IMG/VR virus record: IMGVR_UViG_3300027797_000011
Length of the DNA stretch: 64,000 bases
Strand: one strand, 5' to 3'
Source: a virus
Taxonomy: Duplodnaviria; Heunggongvirae; Uroviricota; Caudoviricetes
Shown: positions 7,395 through 18,600 of the stretch, piece by piece
Numbering within the stretch: the stretch's first letter is position 1
How the letters are laid out: every line of letters begins with the position of its first letter
Program-made: the position numbers and the translations under genes
The notes under the pieces: model-generated
The model's database searches: none
Seen by the model: only the letters and a program-made list of their open reading frames with translations
What the model was told of the DNA's origin: nothing

Positions 7395-9629
7395 ATGGCC
7401 AATGATTCTAACGTAGATAGGAAATCTACTGTATATCCTAAGGATTCTCCTGCCTTTAAAGTGGATGTCACGGGATTTGAAAATTCAGATAGTAAAACAA
7501 ATACAATACCTAAAGCATTAGACTTTGGTGAAAAAAATATATTACATAATTATAGATCATTTAACTACCTGTTTACACTCGCCGGAGTTGGCGACGATGC
7601 GTTAAGGAATCCCGATAAGTTAAGAACAAGTGAAAATTATCTTCCTGTAGCAAAGTCTTCGGGCAAATCTAGTAAGGTATTTTCAAGCGGACAAATAGCA
7701 CCTGCACCATTTAAAGGTGGCCAAGCAGGTTACGACGAAGCAGGTAATAGAATTCAGCCTAACGGAATGCCAAGCGGCCAACCAGCATCTGCTTCGTCGC
7801 TTATTGATGGATTTAATGATCTTAGTTCTGGTAGATTTGATCTATTTCTAAACAACGTAGAAATTACCACACTGATGGCTTTTAGTAAAAATACTAATCT
7901 AACCATGGCCACTAATATTTCTTTTGAAGTATTTGAACCTCATAGCATTAGTGGATTTATAGAAGCACTACAGGTAAGTGCTGTAGCCGCCGGAAATAAA
8001 TCATACATGTCAGCACCATTTTTATTAAAAATGGAATTTATGGGATATCCCGATACTGATTCATCTCCTTCAGCTAATTATCAATCAGTTGGAGATCAAG
8101 CTACTAGATATTTTATTATAACAATCACTAAAGTTGAAGTAGATATGAGTGAAACTGGCACACGGTATAGATGTCAAGCAGTTGCCCATAATGAAATGGC
8201 CTACGGCACGATGAATCAGATAAAACATGCAATTAAGATGGAAGGCTCTACGGTAAAAAAAGTGTTAGAATCTTTAATGAAAAGTTTAGATATATCATCT
8301 AGACACGCCGCCGAAGCCGCCGCCGGCAAAAAAAACAAAAGTCCCATTGTGTGGGATACATATGGTATTATATATCCCTCTCGGATAGACGGCGGAAAGT
8401 TTGATTATAATAAAGTTAATACTGATATAGCAGACGCAACTATTGTACAAGGAATATCTTCGCCTAATAACTTTGCCATGCCAGAAACCGGCGCAGTTGC
8501 AGAAGTCAATGATAAAAATGCTCAAAGAGGCCAGCCACCAGTTGAGCAAGATTGTTTTAAGGGAAACACTGCAACAGACACTGCTAAAGCAAAAGCTGGT
8601 CCTGACACCCCATCAAACCTACAGTTTTCCTCTGGCTCAAATATTCATGATATTATTGCAAGTGTAATTAGAGATAGTTCCTACGGTAAAAAAATTCTAG
8701 AAAAAGGGCCAGATAAAGATGGCATGGTTGATTATGTTCATATTGCTGTTGAATCTCAACCAACAGGAGAGTGGAACGCGGTAACTCTTCGTCCTACATA
8801 CAAATATGTCTATGTAGTTTTACCTTATAGAATGCATGCCTCAAGGGTGCCACAGTATCAGAAACAACTATCTCAAGACGATATTAATAAATTAAAAACA
8901 CTTTATGTAAAAAGAAAATATAGTTATCTATATACGGGAAAAAATGTTGATGTGAGAAAGTTTAATTTAAGATTTAATACATTATTTTATCAGGCATTTC
9001 CACAGGGTATGGGAACCAATATATTTGCAGATCCTCAAGCTAACTACGAAAAATCTACAGTTAAGAAACGGATAGATCCAACCAACCCCGCCCGTTCTGA
9101 ACAAAATATAATGCCGGCATCCCCAATGGGTGAAGATCCAGCAGCCGCCCGAGTTCAGAAAATTGGCGGAACAGGCGGCCGACGAGATTATAAAGAATAT
9201 GATGTTTTAGTGGAAAATATGCACCGTGCTGTGATTAATAATATTGATATGGTTAGTTGTGAACTTGAAATCTTAGGAGATCCTTATTTTTTATGCACTG
9301 GTGGGAATGGAAATTACCGACCAGAACTAGTTGATGCAGGGATAACAAAAAATGGGGAAGCACCTTATCAAACAGGCGATGTCATAGTAATTGTAGAATT
9401 TCAAACACCACAAGATGCAGGAGTCACTGATCAGGCAATTAAATTCTACAATACACCGTTTAGTGGATGTTTTAGGGTTACTAAAGTTAGAAGTAAGTTT
9501 AATGATGGCCTGTTTACACAAGTATTGTCGATGATTAGAATCCCCGGACAACCAGAAGATGCAAGTCCTGCAAAACAGGTAGTAGTTGCTAATGCTCCAG
9601 ATACCTATCTAAGTGATGATGTAGCATAA
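7395..9629 (+). CDS. Baseplate hub protein (gp27 / late-control D-like)
   Basis: 744 aa between gp53 and gp5; C-terminal ELEILGDPY...FSGCFRVTKVRSKFNDGLFTQVL pattern. Confidence 0.6.
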   Translation: MANDSNVDRKSTVYPKDSPAFKVDVTGFENSDSKTNTIPKALDFGEKNILHNYRSFNYLFTLAGVGDDALRNPDKLRTSENYLPVAKSSGKSSKVFSSGQIAPAPFKGGQAGYDEAGNRIQPNGMPSGQPASASSLIDGFNDLSSGRFDLFLNNVEITTLMAFSKNTNLTMATNISFEVFEPHSISGFIEALQVSAVAAGNKSYMSAPFLLKMEFMGYPDTDSSPSANYQSVGDQATRYFIITITKVEVDMSETGTRYRCQAVAHNEMAYGTMNQIKHAIKMEGSTVKKVLESLMKSLDISSRHAAEAAAGKKNKSPIVWDTYGIIYPSRIDGGKFDYNKVNTDIADATIVQGISSPNNFAMPETGAVAEVNDKNAQRGQPPVEQDCFKGNTATDTAKAKAGPDTPSNLQFSSGSNIHDIIASVIRDSSYGKKILEKGPDKDGMVDYVHIAVESQPTGEWNAVTLRPTYKYVYVVLPYRMHASRVPQYQKQLSQDDINKLKTLYVKRKYSYLYTGKNVDVRKFNLRFNTLFYQAFPQGMGTNIFADPQANYEKSTVKKRIDPTNPARSEQNIMPASPMGEDPAAARVQKIGGTGGRRDYKEYDVLVENMHRAVINNIDMVSCELEILGDPYFLCTGGNGNYRPELVDAGITKNGEAPYQTGDVIVIVEFQTPQDAGVTDQAIKFYNTPFSGCFRVTKVRSKFNDGLFTQVLSMIRIPGQPEDASPAKQVVVANAPDTYLSDDVA

Positions 9630-9646
9630 AATTAAGAGTAATTTAA

Positions 9647-11698
9647 ATGTCAGAAAATAAAAGAACAGGTTTTAAGTTGCCACATCCCGGACCGTATGTG
9701 GCTAAAATAACAAATTATGCAGATCCCACGTACATGGGATGTTACGAAGCTATTCTTGAACAGGGCCTAGGACCCGGTGATCCGCAAAAGCTCTTGAAAG
9801 GGCGCACAGTTCTAATTCATTATGCTCCTCCTTTTTATGGAGTAACATCTTCACAATTTGAAGGTAATAATCCTGCCAGCTTTAATGATGTGCAAAAGAG
9901 TTATGGTATGTGGATGGCTCCTCCGGATCTTTACACGCATGTATTATGTATGTTTGTAGAAAGTGATTCAAATCAGGGATATTGGCTTGGTTGCGTTCCG
10001 GATAGATGGCAAAATCATATGGTACCGGGTATTGCCAGTAGTGAGAATGTTGCATGGGCACCGGGACAAAAAGAAAAATATGGTAACATGCCGGTACCTG
10101 TTGCAGAATTTTTAAAAAAAGCAAAAGAAGGTACGACATTCAAACCAAATCTTGAACCTAAACCAGTCCATCCTTTTGCAGATAGATTATTAAAACAAGG
10201 ATTATTAGCTGACAAATATAGAGGTTCGACAACTAGCAGTGCTCGAAGAGAGTTACCTAGTCAAGTGTTTGGTATTAGCACACCCGGCCCTCTTGATCCA
10301 AATGGACCAAAAAAAGAAGTAGGATACGAATCAAAGAAAACAACTGCACGAGTTAGCAGGACAGGCGGACATACGTTTGTTATGGATGACGGCGACATAT
10401 ACGGTGAAAATCGGTTGGTAAGAATTCGGTCATCCATGGGGCATCAAATATTATTAAATGATACAGCCAATGTTCTTTACATTTCAAATGCTGAAGGTAC
10501 TGCCTGGTTAGAAATGTCTGCTCAAGGTAAAATTGATATCTATGCCCAAGATTCTATAAGCATTCATTCAGAGCAAGATTTTAATTTTAGGGCCGATAGG
10601 GATATTAATATTGAGGCCATGCGTAACGTTAATATTAAATCTGTAAAAGACACAGTATTCAATGTTGGGCACGATCATCATTTAGTTGTTGCTAACGACG
10701 GCAAGGTTCAAATAAATGGAAAACATGAACATTTTACCAGAGGTGATTCTAATATAAGTTCTGGTAACGAATTAAATCTATATGCGTCTACAGGCGCGGC
10801 AAATATTACAGCTGGTGGCGGCATCAATCTAGCCAGCACCATAATTAAAACACGTCCCGGAATGAAACAAAATGATGGTAGTACCAAACAAGCTACGTTT
10901 GCTACGGGTGCGTTGACGGGTGTAATTAGATTGGCTGCATTTAGTCTTCCGTCAACCTCAGTTGATCGAGGATGGGCCGCCCGATACCAAGGCGGAAACA
11001 TTACTAGTATTATGCAACGTGTTCCAATGCATGAGCCGTGGACACAGCACGAAAGTTATGATCCTAAGAAATATACCGCAAATTCAACAGATGTTGATTG
11101 CGCTAATACTAGTGGTAGTAGCGGTAGTAGCGGATCCTCTGCGGCTAATGCACCAGAAAAACCGATAAATCCGGCTACTCCAGCTGACTGGACTAAAGAC
11201 GACGACTGGTTAACCGCAGTGCAGGCGCTAAGTGGAAAATTAAATTGTGACTTCTATGATATTTTAGCTGTTATGTATTTAGAAACATCAAGATCAATGG
11301 CTCCTAACAAAAAGAATCCCAAATCAAGTGCCACTGGATTAATACAATTCTTAGAAGCTACTGCAAAATCCTTAGGCACAACAACAGCTCAGCTAGCAGG
11401 TATGACACGAGTGCAACAGCAAGTTTTTGTTGACAAATATTTTTTACAATCTGGCATTAAATCTGTGGCCAGTCCTACATTGGGTGATGTATATATGGCT
11501 GTATTTGCTCCTAAAGGTATAGGAAAAGCAGACAGCTATCCTTTATATACATTAGCAAAAAACCCAAAAGAGTATGCAGACAACAGTATATTTGACAAAC
11601 TTCCAAACGGAAACAATGACGGCATTATAACCAAGGGAGAAGCTACAGCACCTCTTGCCAAGTTTAAAGCAGATGTTAGGAAAAAATTAGGTGTATAA
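9647..11698 (+). CDS. gp5: Baseplate central spike (gp5-like) with C-terminal lytic transglycosylase-like domain
   Basis: N-terminal OB-fold region (SYGMWMAPPD...GYWLGCVP), RTGGHTFVMDDG and beta-helix repeats; C-terminal VMYLETS...SSATGLIQF lysozyme-like motif. Confidence 0.8.
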   Translation: MSENKRTGFKLPHPGPYVAKITNYADPTYMGCYEAILEQGLGPGDPQKLLKGRTVLIHYAPPFYGVTSSQFEGNNPASFNDVQKSYGMWMAPPDLYTHVLCMFVESDSNQGYWLGCVPDRWQNHMVPGIASSENVAWAPGQKEKYGNMPVPVAEFLKKAKEGTTFKPNLEPKPVHPFADRLLKQGLLADKYRGSTTSSARRELPSQVFGISTPGPLDPNGPKKEVGYESKKTTARVSRTGGHTFVMDDGDIYGENRLVRIRSSMGHQILLNDTANVLYISNAEGTAWLEMSAQGKIDIYAQDSISIHSEQDFNFRADRDINIEAMRNVNIKSVKDTVFNVGHDHHLVVANDGKVQINGKHEHFTRGDSNISSGNELNLYASTGAANITAGGGINLASTIIKTRPGMKQNDGSTKQATFATGALTGVIRLAAFSLPSTSVDRGWAARYQGGNITSIMQRVPMHEPWTQHESYDPKKYTANSTDVDCANTSGSSGSSGSSAANAPEKPINPATPADWTKDDDWLTAVQALSGKLNCDFYDILAVMYLETSRSMAPNKKNPKSSATGLIQFLEATAKSLGTTTAQLAGMTRVQQQVFVDKYFLQSGIKSVASPTLGDVYMAVFAPKGIGKADSYPLYTLAKNPKEYADNSIFDKLPNGNNDGIITKGEATAPLAKFKADVRKKLGV

Positions 11699-11701
11699 AT
11701 A
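11694..11701 (+). promoter_or_regulatory. T4 late promoter TATAAATA
   Basis: Exact T4 consensus immediately upstream of gp25. Confidence 0.55.
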
Positions 11702-11706
11702 TTGTC

Positions 11707-12147
11707 ATGGCTTATAAAAATCTAGTAATAACTCCTCCAAAGTACGCAAATCAAGATACGACTAAAGCAAGTCAATTTTATCGCGGCTTCAGTACCCAAG
11801 ACAATACAACACGTTCTGTAACCTTGTATGATACAGAATTAATTAAACAAGATCTCATAAATCAGCTGTCCACTATTAAGGGCGAACGTCTAATGAATCC
11901 AGAGTTTGGAACAATTATATGGAATTTAATATATGATCCGTTGACTGATGATCTTAAAGAACAAATACAAGAAGATATAGATCGAATATTAGCTAGTGAT
12001 CCTAGGATCAACCCAATTAAAGTATTTTTACTGGAAAAAGATTACGGTCTACTTATCGAAGCCTCACTAACCTATGCAGATTCCAATCAAGTTGATAATA
12101 TAAAGTTTTCTTTTGATAAAGAAATTGGGCTTTCTGTTAGTCAATAA
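11707..12147 (+). CDS. gp25: Baseplate wedge subunit gp25
   Basis: LIKQDLINQLSTIKGERLMNPEFGTIIWNLIYDP...DPRI, a GPW/gp25 motif. Confidence 0.9.
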   Translation: MAYKNLVITPPKYANQDTTKASQFYRGFSTQDNTTRSVTLYDTELIKQDLINQLSTIKGERLMNPEFGTIIWNLIYDPLTDDLKEQIQEDIDRILASDPRINPIKVFLLEKDYGLLIEASLTYADSNQVDNIKFSFDKEIGLSVSQ

Positions 12148-12168
12148 TATACCAACATTTTAAAACAA

Positions 12169-12175
12169 ATAAATA
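12169..12175 (+). promoter_or_regulatory. Late promoter core ATAAATA upstream of gp6
   Basis: Motif 21 nt upstream of the 12197 start. Confidence 0.5.
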
Positions 12176-12196
12176 CGGTATCGGAATATATAACTT

Positions 12197-15100
12197 ATGA
12201 TACCATCAACTACAAATCAATTACTTGTTACAGAAGACTGGAAAAAGATATACCAGTCTTACAAGAACTCAGATTTCAAAAGCTATGACTTTGAAACTCT
12301 TAGAAGGACTATGATCACGTACCTTCGTGAGAATTATCCAGAAGATTTCAACGATTTTGTCGATTCAAGCGAATATATCGCTCTCATTGATTTAATCGCT
12401 TACATGGGACAGAATTTAAGTTTCCGTATTGATTTAAATGCCCGCGAAAACTTTTTAGAAACAGCTGAACGTAGAGAAAGCATACTACGACTTGCTCGTT
12501 TAATAAACTATAATGCTAAACGTAATACACCAGCCTCTGGTCTTTTAAAAATTGTATCAGTTCAAACAACTGACTCTGTATTTGATAGTAACGGTGTTAA
12601 TCTAGCAAGTTCTCCGATCACATGGAATGATGCAACAAATGCCGGCTGGTATGAACAATTTGTTACAGTTATTAATTCTGCAATGCCTATTGGAGTTTCT
12701 TTCGGTAAGCCTGCGGCCAAAGGAACTGTTGATGGCGTTACAACTGAAAAATATGTAGTAAATTCTAGCAATGATGCGGTGCCAATATATACTGTTAGCA
12801 GAGGTATTAACGGAATTGGAATGACATTTGAAATTGTCGGAGCCGACTTTGATACCTCTATTTTTGAGGCAGTTCCTCGCCCAACCAACCCTTTCACATT
12901 TTTATATAGAAACGACAATAGAGGTAACGGATCTAATAGTACTGGATTTTTTGTACTCTTTAAACAAGGTACTTTATCTGTATCAAACTTCTCAATCGAT
13001 AATCCTGTGCCAAACGAAGTCATTGGAATCAACACAACCGATATTAATGATACTGATGTTTGGTTATGGCAATTAAATCCTGACGGATCGTATCCACTTG
13101 AACCGTGGACAAAAGTTTCTGCCACAAGCGGAAATAATGTTATCTATAATAGTTTGTCAGAAAATGTAAGAAACCTATATTCAGTTATTACTAGAGAAAA
13201 TGATCAAATTGATTTAAACTTTGCCGATGGATCATTTGGCAATTTACCTAAAGGACAATTTAAATTATTTTATAGACAAAGTAACGGACTAAGTTATACT
13301 GTTAAACCAGAGAATATGAGTGGAATAAGTGTTAGCATTGATTACACTAATGATTTAGGCCAAGAGCACACATTGACATTGTTGTTAAACTTACAATATG
13401 CCGTTAGTAATTCTACTTTTTCAGAAACCAGTGCATCTATTAAAACCAAAGCACCTCAAGCATTCTATAGTCAAAATAGAATGGTTACTGCTGAAGACTA
13501 TAATATAATGCCGCTTACTGCGGGCAATGATATTTTAAAAATAAAAACTATTAATAGAACGTCTTCTGGTGTTTCTAGATATTACGAAATGTCTGATATC
13601 ACAGGAAAATATAGTGATGTTACTATCTACGGAACAGACGGAATCTTATATAAACAACCTACAGAATATTATTTTGAATATCTAATTACTACCACTAATG
13701 ATATAAAATATAATATAAAAAATAATCTTGCAAGAATTTTTAACCTAAAAGAATTTAGATCTTTTTATCTAGATAATTATACCAGGCCTAATTTTATTGG
13801 TTATAGTATCAGTTGGCAACAATCAACTAAGACTACGAATCAAACTACTGGGTATTTTAAAATTAATGGATTGCCGACACCAACAGGAACATTTTCTTCT
13901 AACAATTTAAAATATGCAACAGTTGGATCGTTAATTAAGTTTGTTGCTCCTAAAAAAGTTAATCCTGCAAAAATTAATGACGCTACTTTATATCAACAAT
14001 ATTTTTTGCCTAACGGTAAATTAACATTTATAGAGGATAGCACTACTACATCAATTAGATGGGCCAAGGTTATATCTATTGTAACCGATGGATTTAACGG
14101 CGGATTAGGTGCCTTGTCAACTGGTGTTGGGCCTGTTATTCTTACCGGTAATATACCATCCGAAGCTATGCCTGTAGAAATTATTACAAAGTTTGTGTCA
14201 GTTCCGTCTGATGATATTGAAAATACTATTGTTAACTTGTCATTAACTAAAAAGAATTTTGGTATTAGTTTAGCACAAGACACCGGCGATTGGTATATAG
14301 TTTCTGATACCAATATAGATCTACTAACACCATTTAGTCTAATAAATCAGAAAGATGTGTCGGATAAAAATAGAGATGCTTCCTGGATGATTGCGTTTGA
14401 ATGGACCGGGATTAATTATAAAGCTAGGTATAGGGTAACTGAATATATATTTGAAAGCGAAAATGAAACAGCGTTTTATGTTGATGAATCTGCTTCAAAT
14501 TATGATTATGTAAACGATACAGTTATTAAAGATAAAATAACCGTATTAGGAATAAATTCACATCCAACCGATATTTTAGGTAAATCATTAAAAGTTGAAA
14601 ACAACTGGCAGGTTGACAGTTCAGTTATAGAGCCCGACGGTTATCAAGAACCTAAAAAAGTTAAAGTTAGTTTCTTTGATAAAGATGATGATGGTCAAAT
14701 TGATAACCCTGATTCTTTTATTGACACAGTAAGTCCAGAAACTACCAGTACAAATACATATTTTAAAAACAATTTTGTTTTCTTTAAAAGATTATCCGAT
14801 GGATTGCGATATACATTAGTTGACTCTTCAGATTTTTTGTCTTACCCTACAGAATCTAATGTTGCAGCCTTGGCCAAAGAAAACGGCCGTTTATTTTATT
14901 TTTATGATCCTACGGTAAATGTAGTTAAAAGTTGGTCATCGTCTACACAGACATTTGTATTAGAACCGACTTATTTTGCTAAACCGGGAAGGTCTAATAT
15001 TAAGTTTCAATATACACATAAAACATCAGATAATCGTCGTCTAGATCCTAGTAAAACTAACCTAATGGACATTTATCTGTTAACAAGTACATATAATACT

Positions 15101-15640
15101 GAATTTAGAAATTGGCTAACTTCAGGAGCAGGCTCCGAACCACTTGCTCCCACAAGTCAATACTTGGATCTTGCATATTCTAAATCGTTAAACTCCATTA
15201 AAAGTATTAGCGATGAATTAATATTTCATCCTACAAGCTATAAAGTATTGTTTGGAAATAAAGCTTCTCCTATGTTACAGGCAACGTTTAAAGCATCTCG
15301 AAACACCTACAGATCAAACAGTGATAATGCATTAAAAACTAGAATTTTAACTGCTATTAATGATTTCTTTTCTATTGAAAATTGGGAATTTGGTCAAACT
15401 TTTTATTTTAGTGAATTGGCTACTTATGTTATGAATATAATGACTCCGGATATTACTAATTTTGTAATTGTACCTAAACAACAAAATGCTTTTGGTAGTT
15501 TGTATGAAATTCAATGTCAGTCAAATGAAATATTTGTTTCTGGTGCAACGATATTTGATATTAATATAATTGATTCTGTTACATCTTCTGAATTAAAATC
15601 TGCAGGCACAGTTATTAATACAGTAGGAGGACAACGATAA
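12197..15640 (+). CDS. gp6: Baseplate wedge subunit gp6
   Basis: DFKSYDFETLR...DFVDSSEYIALIDLIAY...ENFLETAERRESILRLARLINY and SQNRMVTAEDY motifs. Confidence 0.9.
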   Translation: MIPSTTNQLLVTEDWKKIYQSYKNSDFKSYDFETLRRTMITYLRENYPEDFNDFVDSSEYIALIDLIAYMGQNLSFRIDLNARENFLETAERRESILRLARLINYNAKRNTPASGLLKIVSVQTTDSVFDSNGVNLASSPITWNDATNAGWYEQFVTVINSAMPIGVSFGKPAAKGTVDGVTTEKYVVNSSNDAVPIYTVSRGINGIGMTFEIVGADFDTSIFEAVPRPTNPFTFLYRNDNRGNGSNSTGFFVLFKQGTLSVSNFSIDNPVPNEVIGINTTDINDTDVWLWQLNPDGSYPLEPWTKVSATSGNNVIYNSLSENVRNLYSVITRENDQIDLNFADGSFGNLPKGQFKLFYRQSNGLSYTVKPENMSGISVSIDYTNDLGQEHTLTLLLNLQYAVSNSTFSETSASIKTKAPQAFYSQNRMVTAEDYNIMPLTAGNDILKIKTINRTSSGVSRYYEMSDITGKYSDVTIYGTDGILYKQPTEYYFEYLITTTNDIKYNIKNNLARIFNLKEFRSFYLDNYTRPNFIGYSISWQQSTKTTNQTTGYFKINGLPTPTGTFSSNNLKYATVGSLIKFVAPKKVNPAKINDATLYQQYFLPNGKLTFIEDSTTTSIRWAKVISIVTDGFNGGLGALSTGVGPVILTGNIPSEAMPVEIITKFVSVPSDDIENTIVNLSLTKKNFGISLAQDTGDWYIVSDTNIDLLTPFSLINQKDVSDKNRDASWMIAFEWTGINYKARYRVTEYIFESENETAFYVDESASNYDYVNDTVIKDKITVLGINSHPTDILGKSLKVENNWQVDSSVIEPDGYQEPKKVKVSFFDKDDDGQIDNPDSFIDTVSPETTSTNTYFKNNFVFFKRLSDGLRYTLVDSSDFLSYPTESNVAALAKENGRLFYFYDPTVNVVKSWSSSTQTFVLEPTYFAKPGRSNIKFQYTHKTSDNRRLDPSKTNLMDIYLLTSTYNTEFRNWLTSGAGSEPLAPTSQYLDLAYSKSLNSIKSISDELIFHPTSYKVLFGNKASPMLQATFKASRNTYRSNSDNALKTRILTAINDFFSIENWEFGQTFYFSELATYVMNIMTPDITNFVIVPKQQNAFGSLYEIQCQSNEIFVSGATIFDINIIDSVTSSELKSAGTVINTVGGQR

Positions 15641-18600
15641 TGGCAACTAGTCGCAAGTCAGCAAACTTACTTCCTGCATTTTTTAGAACAGAAAAAAATT
15701 CAAAGTTTTTATCTAGTACTTTAGATCAATTAATATCAGTACCAAAGTTAAATCGTATAGATGCATTTGTTGGGAGTACTGATACTCCTACATATCAAAC
15801 TGGAGATTTGTATCTTTCAGAAACTAATGCCTTAAGACAGACATATCAGCTTGAGCCTGCATTAATTGTAAAAACACTTGATCAAGAAATTAAAAAAGCA
15901 TTTGCTTTAGATGATCTATTAAATCAAATAACATCCTATGGTGGAAATTCATCTAACCTAGATAGACTTTTTAATCCTGCGTTTTATTCTTATGATCCAA
16001 AAATTGACTGGGATAAGTTTGTTAATTTTAGAAATTACTATTGGATGCCTAATGGCCCTAGTTCAATTACAGTTACCGGCGGTCAAAAAAATCCTATCGT
16101 AGAATATACAATAACTGATGCAGCCGATGGCATTCAATTTTTATTTGGAGGGTTAGTTACTACTGAACAGTTAGTACTATATCGAGGCTATACCTATGTG
16201 TTTAATATAACATCAGAACACAATTTTAATATAAAATACTCTAATAGGGTAGGATCTGACGATTCAGTAATTAATAATATCACAGGTAACGGAACAAAAG
16301 ACGGACAAATTATTTTTACAGTTGATTGGGCAGTTCCTGACAATCTATATTATACGTCAAACGATAATCAGTTATCTACTGGTAACATAATTGTTAAAGA
16401 GCCTAATTTAAATTCAACGATCAACGTTAGTGATGAAATAGCAGGAAAAAGATATTACACCACTAGTGATGGCATAAAGTTTATTAACGGACTTAAAGTT
16501 AGATTTGACGGTATTGTATTTCCAGAAGAATATAGAGATGCAGAATTTATAGTTGATGGTGTAGGAAGCAGTATTCAATTAATAAAGTTTAGCAATTTAG
16601 ATACACCAGATAATATAGCAGACCTAGTTAACTCGAAGTTTGATGGAACAAACTTTGATGATTTTCCTTTTGATGATTTTAAAAATATTCCACTAGTTCC
16701 TGAATATGTTACAATTAATCGGGCAAGTACTGACCGAAATCCTTGGTCTAGGTATAATCGGTGGTTTCATAAAGATGTAATAACACTTACTGCAAACTAC
16801 AGTAATGCTCAGGTAGTTTATCCTGAAAACTATAAGGCAAGAAGACCAATTGTGGAGTTTGTTGCAAATATACAACTTTTTAATTTTGGATATTCTGCAT
16901 TACAAAATATAGATTTAATTGATAATACAGTAACAAATACATTTGATCAAGTAGAAGGTCAGATTGGATATTATATTGACGGAATTTTATTAGAAGAAGG
17001 ATTCCGAGTAATTTTTAATACTGATGCCGATTCATTGGTAAGAAATATAATTTATAAAGTAACATTTTCAAATAATGCAGACAACATATCAGTAATTAAT
17101 TTAGTTGCAGAAAGCGATATTGTAGAAAACGGATCATCTATTCTAGTACGTCAGGGCAATTTACATGCCGGCTCTTCATGGAACCATGACGGAACTGAAT
17201 GGATATATAGCCAACAACGAACTTCTAGAAATCAAGCACCATTATTTGATTTATTTGATGACACCGGAATTAGCTATGCTAATTTAACTGCGTATTCTAC
17301 AAACTTTTTAGGAAATAAAATCTTTGGATACGGTATAGGAACTAGTGTCATTGATCCTGTTTTAGGATTTCCTTTACTTTATAGAAACACAGGAGTTGAA
17401 GGAACCTTTTTGTTTAAGAATTATTTTTCAACAGAATCGTTTATTTTAACTGAGCAACCATTAATTAAGACTGTTCAGACTTCTAAAACTTATATTAAAG
17501 TTAATTCTCAATTAAGTTCAATATGGGTAAAAGGTGAACCTTACACTATTCCTAACGTTGACGGAGTTTATGAAGTTCCGTTGAACTTGACTAATAATCC
17601 AATGAACGGGTCAATATCAGAGTTCACTCTTACTGAGTTAGCAGATCACCTATCATCGATGACTGACAGAGATCCAGAATTTACAGGAAACAATGTAAAA
17701 GATCTTCCTAATATTGGAAAATACGGAACTCGATTGATATCAAACTTAAATCCGTTGAGCTTTGCAAATCATTTTATTTCGGATCAAGAAAACAGCATAA
17801 TTAGTGCCGCAAGGATCGTAGGAGAACACTACTATCAGTTTAAGTTTAATTTACTTGATGCTATGAACGACATTAGGCAGGATTTAGATCCGGCCGATGC
17901 ATTAGATAGTATTCTGTTAACGTTAAACAAAAATAAAACAACAACATTTCCTTATTATAAAAGTGATATGCTCCCATACGGAAATGGAGCAATTATAAGA
18001 ACTTATAAAGTTACTGATTCTAGGAATAAAAAATATTTCTTACCAGCCCAATATAGTCCATCAGTATTAAGTTCGGCAGGTGTATTAGTTTATGTTAATG
18101 GAACGCAATTATTACATAAAAAAGAATATACATTTGATGCATATGATTCAAATGTTGAAATATTAATTCCTCTAACAAGAGGAGATACAATTGTTGTTAA
18201 ACAATTTAATAACACTGACGGAAGTTTTATACCGCCAACTCCGACCAAATTAGGATTGTATCCTAAGTTTGAACCAATGTTATTTACAGACAATACTTTT
18301 GCTGACGGTTCTCGTAATGTTATACAAGGACACGATGGTAGTATTATTCTTGCATTTGGAGATTATAAAGATAACATTTTATTAGAATTTGAAAAACGTG
18401 TTTATAACAACATAAAAGTTTCATATAATCAGGATCTCTTTGATATTAATTCTGTATTGCCTGGAATTTTTAGAAATAAGGAATATACATATAGTGAAAT
18501 ATTTAATCCAGTATACAGAGATTTTCTAAAATGGAAAACTACTTACGGAGTAGAAACTGAAAAGAATTTATCTTTTAATATTGATAATACAAAAACATTT

